A DNA stretch of 61,380 bases, the filler included. It is 4 parts of 4 records of this genome, joined end to end, with 100 filler letters (N's around TTAATTAATTAA, not from the genome) between each part and the next. Parts side by side here need not be neighbours in the genome. Positions count along the whole stretch, not along the records: positions 47,524 to 61,380 come from SRR20825006_1234; 3 more parts are not named here. The stretch is one strand, 5' to 3'. Both the position numbers and the translations under genes were made by a program. Position 1 is the first letter of the stretch, and each line of letters starts with the position of its first letter. Shown here piece after piece: positions 60,777 through 61,380 of the stretch. The notes below the pieces were generated by a model. That model was not told the DNA's origin, did no database searches, and worked only from the letters and a program-made list of their open reading frames with translations.

Positions 60777-61380
60777 TTAATTAAGTATTTGTTCTAATAT
60801 TTTTTTAGTTATCAGGTATGTTGGTTTAACACCAGTGGTTCCTAAACCTCCAGAGGCAAGCGTGCTTCCTGTTTCTAAAGGATTGTCACTTGCGTAATAA
60901 GCGTATCTTACTTTTACATCGTCTTTAATGCTACCTCTTATTCTTGATGCTGCCTGTATTGCTTTTTGATAGTGCGCACCTTCCATTTCTAGCCCTATAA
61001 CATTCCAGGTAGAATGGTGAAAGAAACGTAAAATATCCTTGTTCTGCAATGAAGTACCCATAACGGTAATCATACTACCATCATATACATCTAAGCCTTG
61101 ATTTTCTAAATCTTCTACTTTTAATTCGTTTACAAATGGATAATTATCTGCTGTTCCTTCAAACAAGTGTGCATTAGGAATCATAATGTCTCCTTTGCCA
61201 CCTTGCAAAATCCCAGCTTTACCCATTATTGAAACACTTTTTACATTCATAAGTGTTGTGCCACTTTCTGTAGTGTAGGGTTTTAAAAGCTCATCCATAG
61301 TCTCATAGGCTTGCTCACCAAAGGCATAATCCATAACCATAATTACAGGTGCTGTTTTAGCCTCAAGACTTTTATCTAAT
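60777..61380 (-). CDS. Conserved Flavobacteria protein with nucleoside-phosphorylase-like C-terminus (DUF6909-like), 5' end outside window
   Basis: MDYAFGEQAYE, IMGKAGIL, GLEMEG and YYASDNPL; the frame stays open to the window edge. Confidence 0.6.
   Translation of the reverse strand, partial: LDKSLEAKTAPVIMVMDYAFGEQAYETMDELLKPYTTESGTTLMNVKSVSIMGKAGILQGGKGDIMIPNAHLFEGTADNYPFVNELKVEDLENQGLDVYDGSMITVMGTSLQNKDILRFFHHSTWNVIGLEMEGAHYQKAIQAASRIRGSIKDDVKVRYAYYASDNPLETGSTLASGGLGTTGVKPTYLITKKILEQILN

Overview
The window is not one locus. It is four unrelated fragments joined by three identical artificial 100-nt linkers (44 N + TTAATTAATTAA + 44 N) at 22066-22165, 38459-38558 and 47424-47523. Fragment 1 (1-22065) is the accessory region and holds most of the interest. 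It has a Tn7-like module (tnsA, tnsB/tniA, tniB/tnsC, tniQ) facing a convergent operon of a Cre-like tyrosine recombinase and a possible divergent TnsE-like protein. An ~20-bp-period TGAGACTC repeat array follows, and the same motif recurs at the 5' end of tnsA. Next comes a dense anti-phage island: a TM-protein + TIR pair; a 4-TIR + SLOG operon resembling Thoeris type III, whose last TIR carries an unusual Zn-knuckle/glycine-zipper N-terminal extension; a PD-(D/E)XK-like protein with an Arg-rich, T4SS-signal-like tail; and a Lamassu/ABC-three-component system with a flavin-oxidoreductase effector. Plasmid-type relics (Mob-accessory-like and VirB10-like genes) lie among and beside these. Fragment 2 (22166-38458, GC-rich, Roseobacter-like) has ade/amn/HU, a capsule/EPS export cluster (yjbH has an in-frame stop directly after its signal peptide), a glutathione peroxidase and msrBA. 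Fragment 3 (38559-47423, alphaproteobacterial, Thalassospira-like by inference) has ordinary transporter and regulator genes plus the 3' end of alaS. Fragment 4 (47524-61380, AT-rich, Flavobacteriaceae-like) is a Wzx/Wzy surface-polysaccharide locus. No CRISPR array, cas, rRNA or tRNA genes were recognised. Family assignments are by motif recognition only; no searches were run.
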